DNA of 64,000 nt from NCBI GenBank assembly GCA_964188305.1, contig OZ076889.1; one strand, 5' to 3'. The notes beneath the pieces are model-generated. The model searched no databases. It had not been told where the DNA came from and worked only from the letters and a program-made list of their open reading frames with translations. Source of the stretch: Podarcis bocagei (Eukaryota). Made by a program: the position numbers and the translations under genes. Below are positions 1 through 58,864 of this stretch, piece by piece (the first letter of the stretch is position 1; each line of letters opens with the position of its first letter).

Positions 1-114
1 CTGCTGATTGCTATATTCGACTATTTTTGCCTGCTGAACCCACATCTCACTGCATCACCTTTTTTTTTTTTTTTGGAACAAATGTGAACATCATTGATTA
101 GATTCTTGAAGCAG

Positions 115-239
115 GTAGGTAGCCGTGTTGGTCTGACACAGTCGATATATATATAATTGTCCAGTAGCACTTTAGAGACCAACTAAGTTTGTTCTTGGAA
201 AAGTGTGCATGCACTCAAAAGCTTATACCAAGTTGGTCT
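115..239. mobile_element. Penelope-like element terminal-repeat remnant (inverted arrangement), running into an assembly gap
   Basis: gtagccgtgttggtctg...ccagtagcactttagagaccaactaagtttgttcttgg followed by the opposite-orientation part gtgtgcatgcactcaaaagcttataccaagttggtct; related copy at 63830-63908. Family recognised from memory. Confidence 0.6.
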
Positions 240-402
240 NNNNNNNNNNNNNNNNNNNNNNNNNNNNNNNNNNNNNNNNNNNNNNNNNNNNNNNNNNNNN
301 NNNNNNNNNNNNNNNNNNNNNNNNNNNNNNNNNNNNNNNNNNNNNNNNNNNNNNNNNNNNNNNNNNNNNNNNNNNNNNNNNNNNNNNNNNNNNNNNNNNN
401 NN
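240..402. other. Assembly gap (163 N)
   Basis: N run. Confidence 1.
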
Positions 403-984
403 TATCTGTAAGCCAGTAGGTATTGTATGCATCTACCACATAACATTTATTAATTTAGCTGTAGTAATCCAAGACATGGAATCTTACTCATCGGACACTG
501 GCAGAAATAATGTTTTGTTACATAACAAAGTGATCTATGTAACATATTTTGTATGCTGATATTCTTTAATGACATACATCACACTTGTTCCGAATGTACA
601 TCATTAGTTTAGTTTAAAGCAGCTTGCTGCTGATGTTAGCAGGAGATAGCTGTTTTTAAGAGAAATGAAAATGACTTGAGAATGCATTGCTTCCTATGAT
701 GTGTACATACATATTTTGGTTCAACTTTTGCTTGTGGTACAACAGGGTGTTTTTTATTATTATTACAAAAACCTGATTATCTGAGGCAAAAGTGACAAGG
801 GAGTCTCTTTCAAAATGCTTTCAGCTCTGAAAAAAAAAGTCATTTGTGTCATCATAGTTTTGTTTGAGCAATGTGTTTATGAGTGCTTTTTGTTAGAGAT
901 CCTGGCAAAGTTATTTCAAGTCATGCTCATGGCAGGAATTGCCTGCTAGTAAAACTTGGCTACTTTTTTTTGGTTACACTCTAA

Positions 985-47595
<46,611 letters not shown>

Positions 47596-47896
47596 GATTC
47601 AGTTTCCAATGGGACCATTGGCCCAGGGCCCAGGTAAGTGTAGAAATTAGGGTAGAGCCAGCTATATTCTCAGTAGTCTAGAGAACTTCCAGAAACTAAT
47701 GAAATAAACCAGAAATCAATTTCTCTGTTTTCAGGCTTCTAAACACAATTTTTATTGTCTGCCTAAAATCACTTGCAGGGAAGCTTCCTGTATCACCAGT
47801 TCAGCTTTTTGTGCTATATGTGTGAGAGTCAGTATCACGACAAAAGAAGTTGCACAGGAGATTGTGCTGTATTCCCATGTTTGAACTGCAGCACCC

Positions 47897-47953
47897 CACA
47901 ATTTCCTCTAGTCCATGTCAGACCTCACAATTTCCTCTAGTCCATGTCAGACC
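47897..47953. repeat. Tandem duplication, 29-bp period (cacaatttcctctagtccatgtcagacc x2)
   Basis: Read directly. Confidence 0.9.
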
Positions 47954-49028
47954 AGAGGACCCAGCACAGTTGTTATATATCTGATGGGTGCCAGATTTAT
48001 TCATTCAACAACCCTAGTCTCAACAACAACAAACATGGGCTTCAACACTTTAGCTCTGTCTTGGTGTTTGCAGGAGCAGTTGTTAGCACAGCGATAACTT
48101 CTAGCATGTGTTATAGGTGATTTCTCAGTGCACACCCAAACATCCAGTACTGCTTCAGTGGCCTCTCTTTGTAGGGCAATAAGGCACAGACACATTTTTC
48201 TTCAGAGATATTGCAATCCAACATTTAAATAATAGAAAGCAAAGACAAGTGGACAAATGGAGCCCATTAAATAAGCCATGAAGAAAGAGAGGAGAGACAC
48301 CAAGCTTAAATCTAGCTTGATTTCAGATTAAACCTCTGAATCACCAAAACAACTTATAGCAATTTTATCTAACTCCTTTCCCCCCCCCACACATATATAG
48401 AGAGAGAGCAGCCAATGCATAGAGGGCCACTCTGTGTGTTATGAAGCTATTATTGTCTCTCAAAAGAAACCAAACATTTTCTGCCAGAAGAGCCAATCCC
48501 TTAGTTGATACTTATTTCAGGTCAATGCAGAGCTCAGTTCTGGAAGAGAATAATCGTCTAAAACACATTGACAAGCTGTTTTCCAGAGTTGGTTATCACC
48601 CAATTCTATATAGCACAGTGCAGGAAAGAACTTAATTGCCATAGTAGCTGTTCTTTTATTATACTTGATTGAGTGCTGTCCACTCTTGGCTTAATTGTTG
48701 GTCACCCAGGTTCTGTACGAAGAAGAACAGCTGATATTCCTGATGGTAGAGGGTATAGCTTCTGAAAAAAATATTGTGCACAGTTTCTAAAACTTTAATG
48801 GAGTTCACACATTACTTTTAGATGTGTTTGATTCAATAGAGAACCATATATTGTTGGTCTATGATCTGGAAAACCTGTCTGTAATTCTGTGCTCAGCTCT
48901 GAAGCTCTCTGAATGACTTTGGGGAAGTCACTCTCCCTCAAGCTAATTTGCCTTACAGGTTTACTGTGAAGTTAAAATGTCATTCTGAGTTTCTTGGAAG
49001 AAAGGAAGAATAGGATTATAACATGAAT

Positions 49029-49400
49029 GTTGTTGTTTAGTCGTTTAGTCGTGTCCGACTCTTCGTGACCCCATGGACCAGAGCACGCCAGGCACTCCTG
49101 TCTTCCACTGCCTCCCGCAGTTTGGTCAAACTCATGCTGATAGCTTCAAGAACACTGTCCAACCATCTCGTCCTCTGTCGTCCCCTTCTCCTTGTGCCCT
49201 CCATCTTTGCCATCATCAGGATCTTTTCCAGGGAGTCTTCTCTTCTCATGAGGTGGCCAAAGTATTGGAGCCTCAGCTTCAGGATCTGTCCTTCCAGTGA
49301 GCACTCAGGGCTGATTTCCTTAAGAATGGATACGTTTGATCTTCTTGCAGTCCATGGGACTCTCAAGAGTCTCCTCCAGCACCATAATTCAAAAGCATCA
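49029..49400 (-). mobile_element. BovB (RTE) LINE, 5'-truncated, reading frame intact
   Basis: IDAFELWCWRRLLRVPWTARRSN...HGVTKSRTRLND*; 11-bp TSD ATAACATGAAT (49018-49028, 49401-49411). Confidence 0.95.
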
Positions 49401-51589
49401 ATAACATGAATATATAGTAGAAACTGATAGTACATGACAAAATATCTTGGATCTTGCCTAGCAGATGCACCAATCTACCTACCTACCAGGGACGAGCAAC
49501 CTGTGGCTCTGTCAGTATTATTAAATCCAAATTGCCATCAGCCCCAGCCAACATGGCAAGTGGTCAGGGATAATGAGAGTTGTAATCCAACACTATTTAC
49601 AGAGCCACAAGTTGCCTACATATGAATTTTAGGTCAATATATTCAGCCCGACTATTAAGCTGTTATTCCAACAGAAGCTTCATTTTGTTGAAACTGCTTC
49701 CCTTTTTAAAAAGCTGTCCTCCAAGACTGGTTTAATAGTTACGGTGTTTGTAGGCAGGGCCCATTTACTGGCAGAGAAATTGCTACAGTTGAGCCATTTG
49801 GATACCTTCTCCTTCAGATTATTATAGAAGCCGTTTCCTGCCTAGTAGGAAACTTTCTAGTCTAGTTGCATGCTGTAAGCTCAATAACCAAGAAATTCCG
49901 GTGACTGAAGTGTCGGCAAAACCTTAATGGATCATACTAACAAAGAGGAGGAGGAAGGAGGAATGTGCTGAATAGGGGCTGGAGAGGCATCTATAGAAAT
50001 GAAGGGGACAGCTGTTGGATAAAGATAGCAAAGTTTATCCCTTTCTCCCCAAGGCAACATCAGCACTGACGCTTCCAGTGACAAGAAGAGACTTGGCCAT
50101 GTTCATTGTGGGTCTCACAGTCAAAATCCATGGATCAGCCATGACTGTGCCTTGTGTCTAGCTTCTGCTATTTCTATGCTGATCCATGTGGACTCTAAAT
50201 CTGTGCTCAAGGGTGGTGAACAGCAGTTTACCAGCATCAGGATTCTGAGGATTCTTGAGCAAGGCAGCTTCAGTGGGATCTCCTGACCTGGCAGAGGTGG
50301 GGTGTGCAAACTGCGAATTCTCTCAACCTTTCTCTGACCCTCTTAGGTGCTCCATGCAAACAGGTGCTTGGAGCATTGGACCTTTTTGCTTCTGTTGGGG
50401 CTTTGTTGAATGCCTAATCTTTCACCCAGACTAGTGAATAGTCGTAGGAGGAGCACAGGCACAGAGCAGATTTGCCACAGCATCGTATCCTTCATGTTTA
50501 ATGTAGACTTTGTACCATTTTGTTTTGCAGCACATTCCCACTACTTGTATGGTTATACACTGGCTGCTTTCCGAGATTAGGCCAGAGACCAGACTGTGCC
50601 TGCTCCTTGGCTCCAAAGAACAGAAGCTACAGGCCAACCATTTCAGGCCACATGGCCAAAAGAAGATTCTTCCTCCTGCTTGTACACAACCCCTGATTTC
50701 CTGTTTGGTGTCCTTAAACCCCAATTATATCTGTGGCTTCCCATTTATCTCCCCCGTTCCCTTGGCTTTAGACATGCTCTCACTGAGAAAGAGAACAGAC
50801 ATCTCTCTCCCCACTGTGTGTGATGCAGTGATCTTGATGTAGGTCTGGTAAGACATGGAAGCACCTTAATACTGGTCTGCAGCAGTCCCTGCACCATTAT
50901 CTGCCTGTGTTTCATTTTGCCAATATGCCTGAGAGCAGCAGTAGCTGCTTGTTCCCACCGTACAACTCGGACCCAATAAGACAATCGCTAAGGAGATAAA
51001 GGCAATGATGAGACTATGGGAGACCCAGCTCTGAACTCTCCCACAAGTGCAGCAGCAGGCATTTCTGCTGGGAATGCCCACCATGCCACAGGCAACAAGG
51101 AACGTCTGCCAATGGGGGCAGTATTGTTCCTCTGATGTGAAAGGGCCAGGGCTGAAAGCAGGGCATGGAGGTGCTTGGTGGGAAGGAGAGAGTAGCTACC
51201 AAACAAGTTTGTATGTCTTCCAGGTCCCTTTGTCATGTATGAAATGAAATCTGACGCTGGGAGTACAAGTGATGTCCTCAGATCTCTGTTGGGTAAACAG
51301 TAAATGCTCTTATCTTTCCCTGTAGACAAACAGAAAATCTCCCCTTTCTTCTCTTTGCATTTACAGATAGCCTGTGATCCAAAAAGGTTCCTAGCTGTTT
51401 CTTCCTTCTAGGGTAGGATCCGTTTGTCTCCTCATGCTGCCTTTTGCCTAGTGTGGCCCTCTTATTACTGACGTGGTATTTCTTGGTGGCTGGAATGCCC
51501 TATACTCATACCGTGCTGTTTGGAAGTGCAATATCCAAGAGACTGTACAGTTGCAATGTCTTTTTGGTGTACAACTTGCCTAATACAGT

Positions 51590-51727
51590 ATTAAATATTT
51601 TTTTAATTTAAAGAGTAAGTGATCCCTTTATATCAACAACCTCTTTCTTTTGTCATATTATTGGTACTGCATGGATTCCAAACCCTGCAAAAAAAGTCAG
51701 GAATGGGTGTATGTGTGTTCCAATAAA
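51590..51727 (+). terminator. Candidate PPFIA4 polyadenylation signals (ATTAAA 51590, AATAAA 51722)
   Basis: Hexamers preceded by TGTA elements (actgtacag, ggtgtacaac) at the end of a repeat-poor, UTR-like stretch. Position is inferred. Confidence 0.45.
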
Positions 51728-53153
51728 TCTGATTTTAAAGCAAGGCTCGGTGGATTCATAATTCTCTTCTGCATTAATGCGGATTCTCTGGGCACGATGT
51801 TTGTGGTAACTGGTGGCATGTGAGCCATATCTGGCATGATGATGCTTAATTGGCCCACTAGTTGACTGAACACTTCCTATGGCTTGATGGAGCATTTTAG
51901 CACCATCTTACATCCTTATGTCTGGGTGGGATGAGAAGTAAGGAAAAGCCCAAAGCCACCCACCTTTTCACTGTAGTCTCCTTACTTGAATAAGGCATGC
52001 CAGTCAGAAGCTTTTAGACCCAGTCATCTAGGAGTCCCTTGGCAGGCCCAGGGAATGAAGATGTAATGTTATTCTTTTGGCATTTGCATCAGGGGTGTTT
52101 CAAGGGCCCGTGTGCACAGAACATTTTAGGGCCTTGGATGCACCGATTCCTTTTTGGGGATTTCACAAGGCGCACACCCTTTGTGTTGATCTTACATATG
52201 TAGATCCCGTAGCAGTACACATAACGGACATGGGCAGTTGACCCCTAGACATCCAATAGCTGAAGCACATTTAAATACAGGGATACTCTCAAAAAAAGAT
52301 TTACTTGAGGAATGTGTATGAGTTACAGGGCTCCCATGCCCATCAGATTGGCTACTGTGGAAAAGAGATTGCTGTACTAGGTGGACCTTTGATCTGATGC
52401 AGTATAGCTCTTAATTTTATAATTCATGCAGAGAAACAAATGACAGGGTGGGCAATTTTGCTGTTGTTGTTTTTTTTTACACTGGGTTTTGATGGATCTA
52501 ATCGTATCCAGTACAGAGATATGAGATAATTACAACACAGGTTGAATGGCAAAGTATCAAGAAATGAAATAGGATCAAAGAGGGTGATTCTTTTTTTGGT
52601 AGACAAATGCACAGAGCAACCCCAAAATCCAATCACTACTTTCTCGCATAGAACCAGGGTATGCTTGTGCATTTATGCTCTTGCAAGAGGTAGCACTGGA
52701 AATTGTGGCTGGACTTCCCTCCTTTTGCAGGGATCAGCTTTTATGTCCCTGGAAGTTCTTGAGAGTTCCATTTTATGAATGTAGAGGAACAACAAAATTC
52801 AGAATGGTTGCTGGGAAAAGGGAAATTTCCATGGCTATATTCTCCTTCTGCTGTCTGTTCAGGTAAAGTAAACCTTGAGCAGTTTGTCACAGGGTCCACG
52901 ACAGTAGCGAATACTTGGTATTAGCTGGGTGTCTGACACTTGGGATATATGTGTACTGCCCCTTTGGTACGACATAGCATATTTTGCTTTGTTCTGATGG
53001 AATGAATGAGGGCAGGCATCAACTATAGTAAGAAGGGGGCAAAGACCACAAAGTTATATTGCCCAATACATTTCAGTTACTTTGATTCAAGACTTCCATA
53101 GGAAACCAAAACTCTTCCACACAATCTCAAAAGAAATTCAAACAAAAAAATCC

Positions 53154-53159
53154 TTTATT
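53154..53159 (-). terminator. MYOG polyadenylation signal AATAAA (candidate)
   Basis: tttatt on + strand, about 780 nt after the stop, at the end of a U-rich 3'UTR and followed on - by U/GU-rich sequence. Confidence 0.6.
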
Positions 53160-53937
53160 TTTTTTAAAAAAGAAATCCCACAATAAGTTAGCAAAAATAC
53201 AAAAAAATAGCAACTTCACACAGTAGAAAAGACTTCAGAGGCAGCATTTTATATGGCTTCTGGGCCTGGAAATTGCAGACTGCCAAAAGAAGTTGGTCAG
53301 ACAGTATTTTTAAAGTAAAATAAAAAAATACACACTTGCACACACCCACATTTCTTTAGAAAAAAGACCATTGGCCCCCAAAAGAAACAAAACTTCTACA
53401 AAAACGGAAGAAAGAATAAAGGCCACACTGGAATCCTTCCTTTACACAGAAGTGTAATTTCTCACACATTTAGTGTTCCCAGTAATACATCAGAATGCTT
53501 TGATCAGTCAACTCCAGCCCAATTTCCAGAGGAAATGAGATCCATAAGCTTATCAGTAAAGCCATGATACCCTTCCTTTCTGGAAAGCAAGCAGACTATG
53601 AAAATTACTAGGCCCCTCTCTCATTAGCTTGCTTCTGACTGGGGGAAAGCAGAAGAAAAAAGAACCACTTTTCAAGTGTATGGAATTGGATAAGTGGCTT
53701 CAGTGGTTAAAGTCTATGACTTTGGCATGGGAAATAAAAAATAATAATCCAGTGTTAGTTGGGAAGGAGAACTTTTCCCCCTTTGGAACATCATCCAGTG
53801 TTAGTGAGGAGAGCAGAGAAACTTCTCTTAATTGTAAAGTCCTAGTATCATGTTTCTTCTACCCTACAATCTGCGGGTAATGACTTTGGGTTTTTTTGAA
53901 TAAAGAAAGACTGAGATGGACATCACTGTCTGGATCC

Positions 53938-54059
53938 TCAGTTCTGAGCCCTCTCCTCTTGGAACGCAACGGCCACATCCTCCACAGCAATACTGTCCAC
54001 AATCGAAGACAGCGAATGAAGATTGTGGTCTTCGGAAGAATCATCACTCAGCAAATGAT
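53938..54059 (-). CDS. MYOG: MYOG exon 3 coding part ([39 protein letters not shown])
   Basis: tccgcag| acceptor, phase 1; TGA at 53940-53938. Confidence 0.96.
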
Positions 54060-57000
54060 CTGCGGAGGACAAGAGAGTGACCTTAAGCAGGTGGCTTTCT
54101 CTGAGAATTTGGTTGCTGCTGAACAAGGGTAGAGGGAATCCTAGGTGGGGGGAAATAAAGGCTCAGACTATTTGTGGAATGTAGCTTAGTGCTGTGTATG
54201 CCTCTCTCTGTCTGAAGGATGTGTTCTCTCCCCCCTACTCCACCCCACAACCTTCATACTAAATTTAATGATACTCAATTGCAGGCTAAAGCACACCAAC
54301 CCCATTTTTTGTACACCTCAGCATCCATTGCACCTGCAAGAAAGGATTCTGTTCCAGTTCATTTGAATTTCCTCTGATTTCTAATTACAGAAGAAACTCT
54401 ATTCATTTGTACAATGGCAGGAATTTAAGAAGCATGTTATTAAACATGGTTATTAAAAAATTTCATTTTAAGTTAAAATGTTTTTTAATTTTAATATAAG
54501 GTGCGGAAAGATCCTCTGCCCTTGATGACATTCCACTGCATGGTTACAAAAATGAATCCTGGGACTTTTGGTTTGGGCTATTGCTCTGGTTTTTAAATTT
54601 CCTGTTGTACTTTAGCAATGGTGTACAACTGTATCAATACTTTTGCAGAGCTTTTTATCCCATCAAACTGTTGGTAGACACCTTTGAAAGTCTGTCAGAA
54701 TGATATGGTATATTTTAATATAGAACAGACAGGTTCCAAAAAAATATGTGTTCTATCAGGGGACAAATGGCGTCAAGCCCATCAGCTTGTCTCTTCCTAA
54801 TCAAATGGTCTCTCAATTCTGATTTTTTTAAAATCAAAGCTGATTCAGATCAGAGGGAGAAAGAGACATCTTGATAGACCAATGGATTTTTATATTGGAT
54901 GTCAGCTGCTTATGGAAAAGCAATTATGGATAGAGGTTTTGGGGACAAATTGGTTTAATGATCAACCAACATTGTGGGATACCTGTGCTTAGAAACTCAG
55001 AAGCTTCATCACTATGTGTGGCTTTCCTGCCTCTAGGACCTTGGAAGCAGGCATCAGGAATATGCCTAGAGAGGTGGAGGGGAGAGAGCAGAAAAGCCTG
55101 GAAGGAGCACTTGAGAGTGATGGTGCTGGCTGATGGCAGGGCAGAACCTCCAAAGAGGAATTGGTCATTGGACAAGGCTTCCTGCTTACCTCCAGGATGA
55201 GTGCTAAAGTCTAGCTGGGTGCTCCATTCAGGGCTGCATGAGGTGCTGCTGGATCCATGGTCACTAGTCACCTGAAATTGGAAGATGGAGGCTGTTAGGA
55301 TTGGTTACATTTAAGGATCTCCGTTAGGAATGTGCCCTTGCATTTGTTCCTTCACTAACTCTCAAAAGTTATTTTTGTCCTTTTAGCATCCTGTACGGAA
55401 TTTATTTGTTATTTTGCCAGGAATGGTCTCTCAGCTGTCTGATTGAAAATACTGACAAAGTCCTAGAGGCAGTGAAATGGCATTGTATACAGGATCCCCC
55501 TGGAATTTAGATTGGGGNNNNNNNNNNNNNNNNNNNNNNNNNNNNNNNNNNNNNNNNNNNNNNNNNNNNNNNNNNNNNNNNNNNNNNNNNNNNNNNNNNN
55601 NNNNNNNNNNNNNNNNNNNNNNNNNNNNNNNNNNNNNNNNNNNNNNNNNAGCATGTGGTACTGATGTTCCCACTGTTCTTTTTGCTTTGTGTCTGCATAA
55701 TTAAAGAAGTGCCATAAATGTGTGTTGGGGGGGGGAAGTCCTGTAACCTGAATTCCGAGCCAGTAGTACAGTAACCTATCCTCACCCAATGGCAATGTGT
55801 GTACAGCCATACTGTGTGCATGTGAGTTGGGGGGGAGCAGGTGGGTAGTATGCAGCTGTTCATTACTCTCTCTTAAAAAAAACCAGTCTGGATGAGCATT
55901 CCAGAGCCGGCTTTGTGCTATATGGGAGCATGCAGCCTCCAAAAAGTAAAGACTCTTGAAATGATAAGGTAGCTTGAATGAAGATGGGGTAGCCATGCTG
56001 CTCTCTGACCTTAAAAATAAAGGAAACTACTGCTCATGGATGAGTGTTTGATTTACTCCAACAGAGCCAGAGGGCAAGTTTTGCAAAGTGAGGCAGATAT
56101 GTTCTGTTGATTTTCACAACATATCCCACACAACAATCAAGTTATGCCTGGCCACCACATTCTTTGTGTTGCAGTAAGGAGGATAGATTTGCATGTGTGG
56201 AGAATTTTCCAGGTATGAAACATAAGGAATCCTTCAGGGCTAGTAAACAGAAGTGCAGCTATCCTCTTTTTTCAACTAATTAACAGCTGGGAATTTCCTG
56301 GGCTTATAAGGTGACCATGCAAAACACTAGTTTTCTTATTCTTAGAGACCGGGAGGTAGACAATATAGAGGAAATGGGAGTTTCCTATTTTAAAAGGAAG
56401 ACTTCACCCTGCTTTTTAAATAGAACTGTTAGATGTTGCAAAATACCTCAAAAATTCTCTAGTGCTGTTCCTCCCAAACCCTTTTTGAAATTGATCAACA
56501 GACATCAAAACACTGGTTACTGCTCAACACAATGGAAGGGGAAGATCAGTATAAGCTGCAACCAGCCCTGAAGTTTACAGCTTTGGTTTCAGAGTGCAGC
56601 TAGTGTGAAACAGCTTTCAGAAGACAGGAAGAACAATTGCTTTCACACATTTCTTTCTTTTATCAACAGCTGTCTTCCTGATTTCTGTATTATTATTTTT
56701 TAAGTGCAGACATAGCAAAAATAAAAAATGTAAACCATAAAGTGTCACAGCCTGGAAAGGACAGTGCAGCTCCAAATGAATAATAGTATTAACGCATGCA
56801 AAGATCACATTTACAAATAATAAAGCTGTAAAAATAAAAATATTCTCCACCTCTGCATTCCATCATTATTGATGTTTACATGTCAATGTCAAAAAGACCA
56901 TGAAACAAAATGTGTAGCAAGATCTAGATCCTGGGATGCCCTGAAAGGTTGAGCAAAGCAAGTCCCTCAGCTACAGGGAAGCTTCAGAAGAGAAACTCAG

Positions 57001-58685
57001 TAATGTTTCTAAAGCATTTGTTCGCCTTTTAATCGCCTCTTCGGTCCCCTTTGGACTGTAGGTCCAGGTTTGTACCCAAATGCCCTTGTGCATCTTTAAA
57101 TGGAGACCCAGTAACCCATCTGAACTCGACAGGTGTCCAGCTATCAAAGCTCCCCCCCCAGCCATACTTTCTCATTGGCACATATGCTAGAACTCGCTTC
57201 TGAATTGTCATCTGTTGAATAAAGTCCTGTATGCTGGTCACTTTGGTTACAAGGGGTTCACCAGTCATGGTTCTGCTCTTTATTCCCATCTTTTATGTAG
57301 ACAATAACTAGCTGAATGGTACTTAATTGTAAGTGGGATGTAGCAAGGTAGCCACAACTGCACTTTTGGAGAAACACAACGAAGAAATATAATATATTCC
57401 TGCAGGTTATCCACTAGCACTGCATGCTGAGAACATGAAGGCTATAACTCAACCAATGTTATATGGCAACATTATACTAAAATAACTCTTTCCCCCACTG
57501 TGATAAATTCACTTGGAGGGGGCGGGTGGAGTCTCCAGTCCATGCTGACTTTTCTGCATCAATTCTCAGGCTGGCTTTACAGTCACCTTAGGCTGCATAA
57601 ATGGTGAGAACCAGTGCAATTTTTTCCAGGAAAAAAGGTTCCAGAACTCACCACGAACACCTCCTTTGTTCTCTTTACAATGGCAATAGTGCCCACCTGA
57701 GAGCTGCTGGAACTGAATTCCGGTGGAAAAGCAGCCCTGGTGAAAACATGTAAGGAAACATGATGCCTGCTATTCCCTACGAAGATAAGCTAACACAAAA
57801 TATATGTATTCTATGCAAGATAGGTATGGTGTAGGAGCCAATGACTGAAACTAGAAAAGCTGGCATTCACTGCCAACTTAGAAATTAGGAACATCTTGCT
57901 GGGTGCTCTTGTGGAAGGGCCATAGTTCAGTTCTGCTTTGCATGCAGAAGGTCCCCAGGTTTTCTATGTAGGGATGGAGATGCCCCCTGCATGAAATGCT
58001 GACTGTCAGTGTAGACAATACTGAACTAAATGGATAATTTATCTGACTTGGTATAACTCCTATATTCCTATGTCCATGGGCCGAAATAGTCATTCAGTAA
58101 GAGTGACCAGTAGAGTAGTCATTTGGCTCCTACAGTCGGACGGTGGCGTGGGTGCTCTTACGCTTGATGGCGACCGCTCGCTCGTACCCTTCCCCTGGCA
58201 CTTACCACCGCTTGGGTGCTGGAGTTGCAGTAGCGCAGTTCTCGCTGGTCCCTCTCCTGCTGATTGAGAGTGCTGAGCAGAGCTTGCAAGCGCTCAATGT
58301 ACTGGATGGCGCTGCGCAAGATCTCCACCTTGGGAAGCCGCTGGTTGGGGTTCAATAAAGTGCTCCGCTTCAGAGCTTCAAAGGCCTCGTTGACCTTCTT
58401 CAGCCGGCGCTTCTCCCTCAGGGTGGCAGCCCGGCGCCTGTCGATGGAGACGCTTTTCCTCTTGCACACTTTGCACGCCCAGGGCAGACACTGGCCGGGA
58501 CTGTGGTCTGGCAGGGTTGAGGCCTTCTCCTCTAAGCCAGCCCTGACTTCGGGGCACAGGGTCATGGCTGCTCGCTCTTGGTAGGCCGTCTGCTCGTAGC
58601 CGTGCAAGCGAGGGCTCAGGTAGTTTTCCCCGTCGTAAAACCTCTGGTCTGCAAAAAAGTAAGGGTTGGTCTCAAGGAGTTCCAT
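53938..58685 (-). CDS. MYOG: Myogenin, complete 3-exon CDS (684 nt, 227 aa)
   Basis: [11 protein letters not shown] start, His/Cys-rich basic region ([12 protein letters not shown]), bHLH ([26 protein letters not shown]...[18 protein letters not shown]) and C-terminal [12 protein letters not shown] helix. Confidence 0.98.
55190..55271 (-). CDS. MYOG: MYOG exon 2 ([27 protein letters not shown])
   Basis: tttcag| ... |gtaagc, 82 nt; SCSPEW motif. Confidence 0.95.
55518..55649. other. Assembly gap (132 N) in MYOG intron 1
   Basis: N run. Confidence 1.
57612..57739. mobile_element. Small hAT-type MITE in MYOG intron 1
   Basis: CAG...CTG ends; 8-bp TSD GTGAGAAC / GTGAAAAC (7/8). Confidence 0.65.
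57917..58074 (+). mobile_element. tRNA(Ala)-like-headed SINE, degenerate, in MYOG intron 1
   Basis: gggccatagttcag..ctgctttgcatgcagaaggtccc..gtcagtgtagacaatactga; same family as 61636-61795. Confidence 0.65.
58206..58685 (-). CDS. MYOG: MYOG exon 1 coding part (basic + HLH)
   Basis: accATGg Kozak at 58685; donor GTG|gtaagt; 480 nt. Confidence 0.97.
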
Positions 58686-58743
58686 GGTGAGCGTCTGGCA
58701 AGGCAGAGCCTGCGTCAGGGAGTGAAACTCTGGCTCCTCGCAC

Positions 58744-58864
58744 CAACTGCTTGGTGGCATTTAAACCCCGTGCGGGCATTAAATCATGGAGATAAATATA
58801 GCAAACCTCCAGGAAACCTGAGCTTGCCCTAAGCTGCTGCTTCGCATCAAAACTTGTCCATCTG
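58744..58864 (-). promoter_or_regulatory. Myogenin proximal promoter: E-box CAGTTG 58749-58744, TATA-like TTTAAAT about 58765-58759, MEF2 CTATATTTAT 58801-58792, MEF3/Six TCAGGTTTC 58821-58813, Pbx/Meis-type TTGATG...CAGCTTAG 58850-58829, E-box CAGATG 58864-58859
   Basis: Same motifs in the same order as the well-characterised mammalian myogenin promoter. Confidence 0.92.

Noticed and set aside
183-559. ORFs spanning the N runs (also 55431-55996)
   Set aside because: Artefacts of assembly gaps.
49037-49435. 132-aa ORF as an independent gene
   Set aside because: It is the reverse-transcriptase C-terminus of a 5'-truncated BovB copy bounded by a TSD.
58686-58760. 25-aa N-terminal extension of myogenin (MPPSSWCEE...) in the 200-aa ORF
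   Set aside because: Its ATG overlaps the TATA box, upstream of the expected transcription start. The conserved start is [11 protein letters not shown] at 58685.
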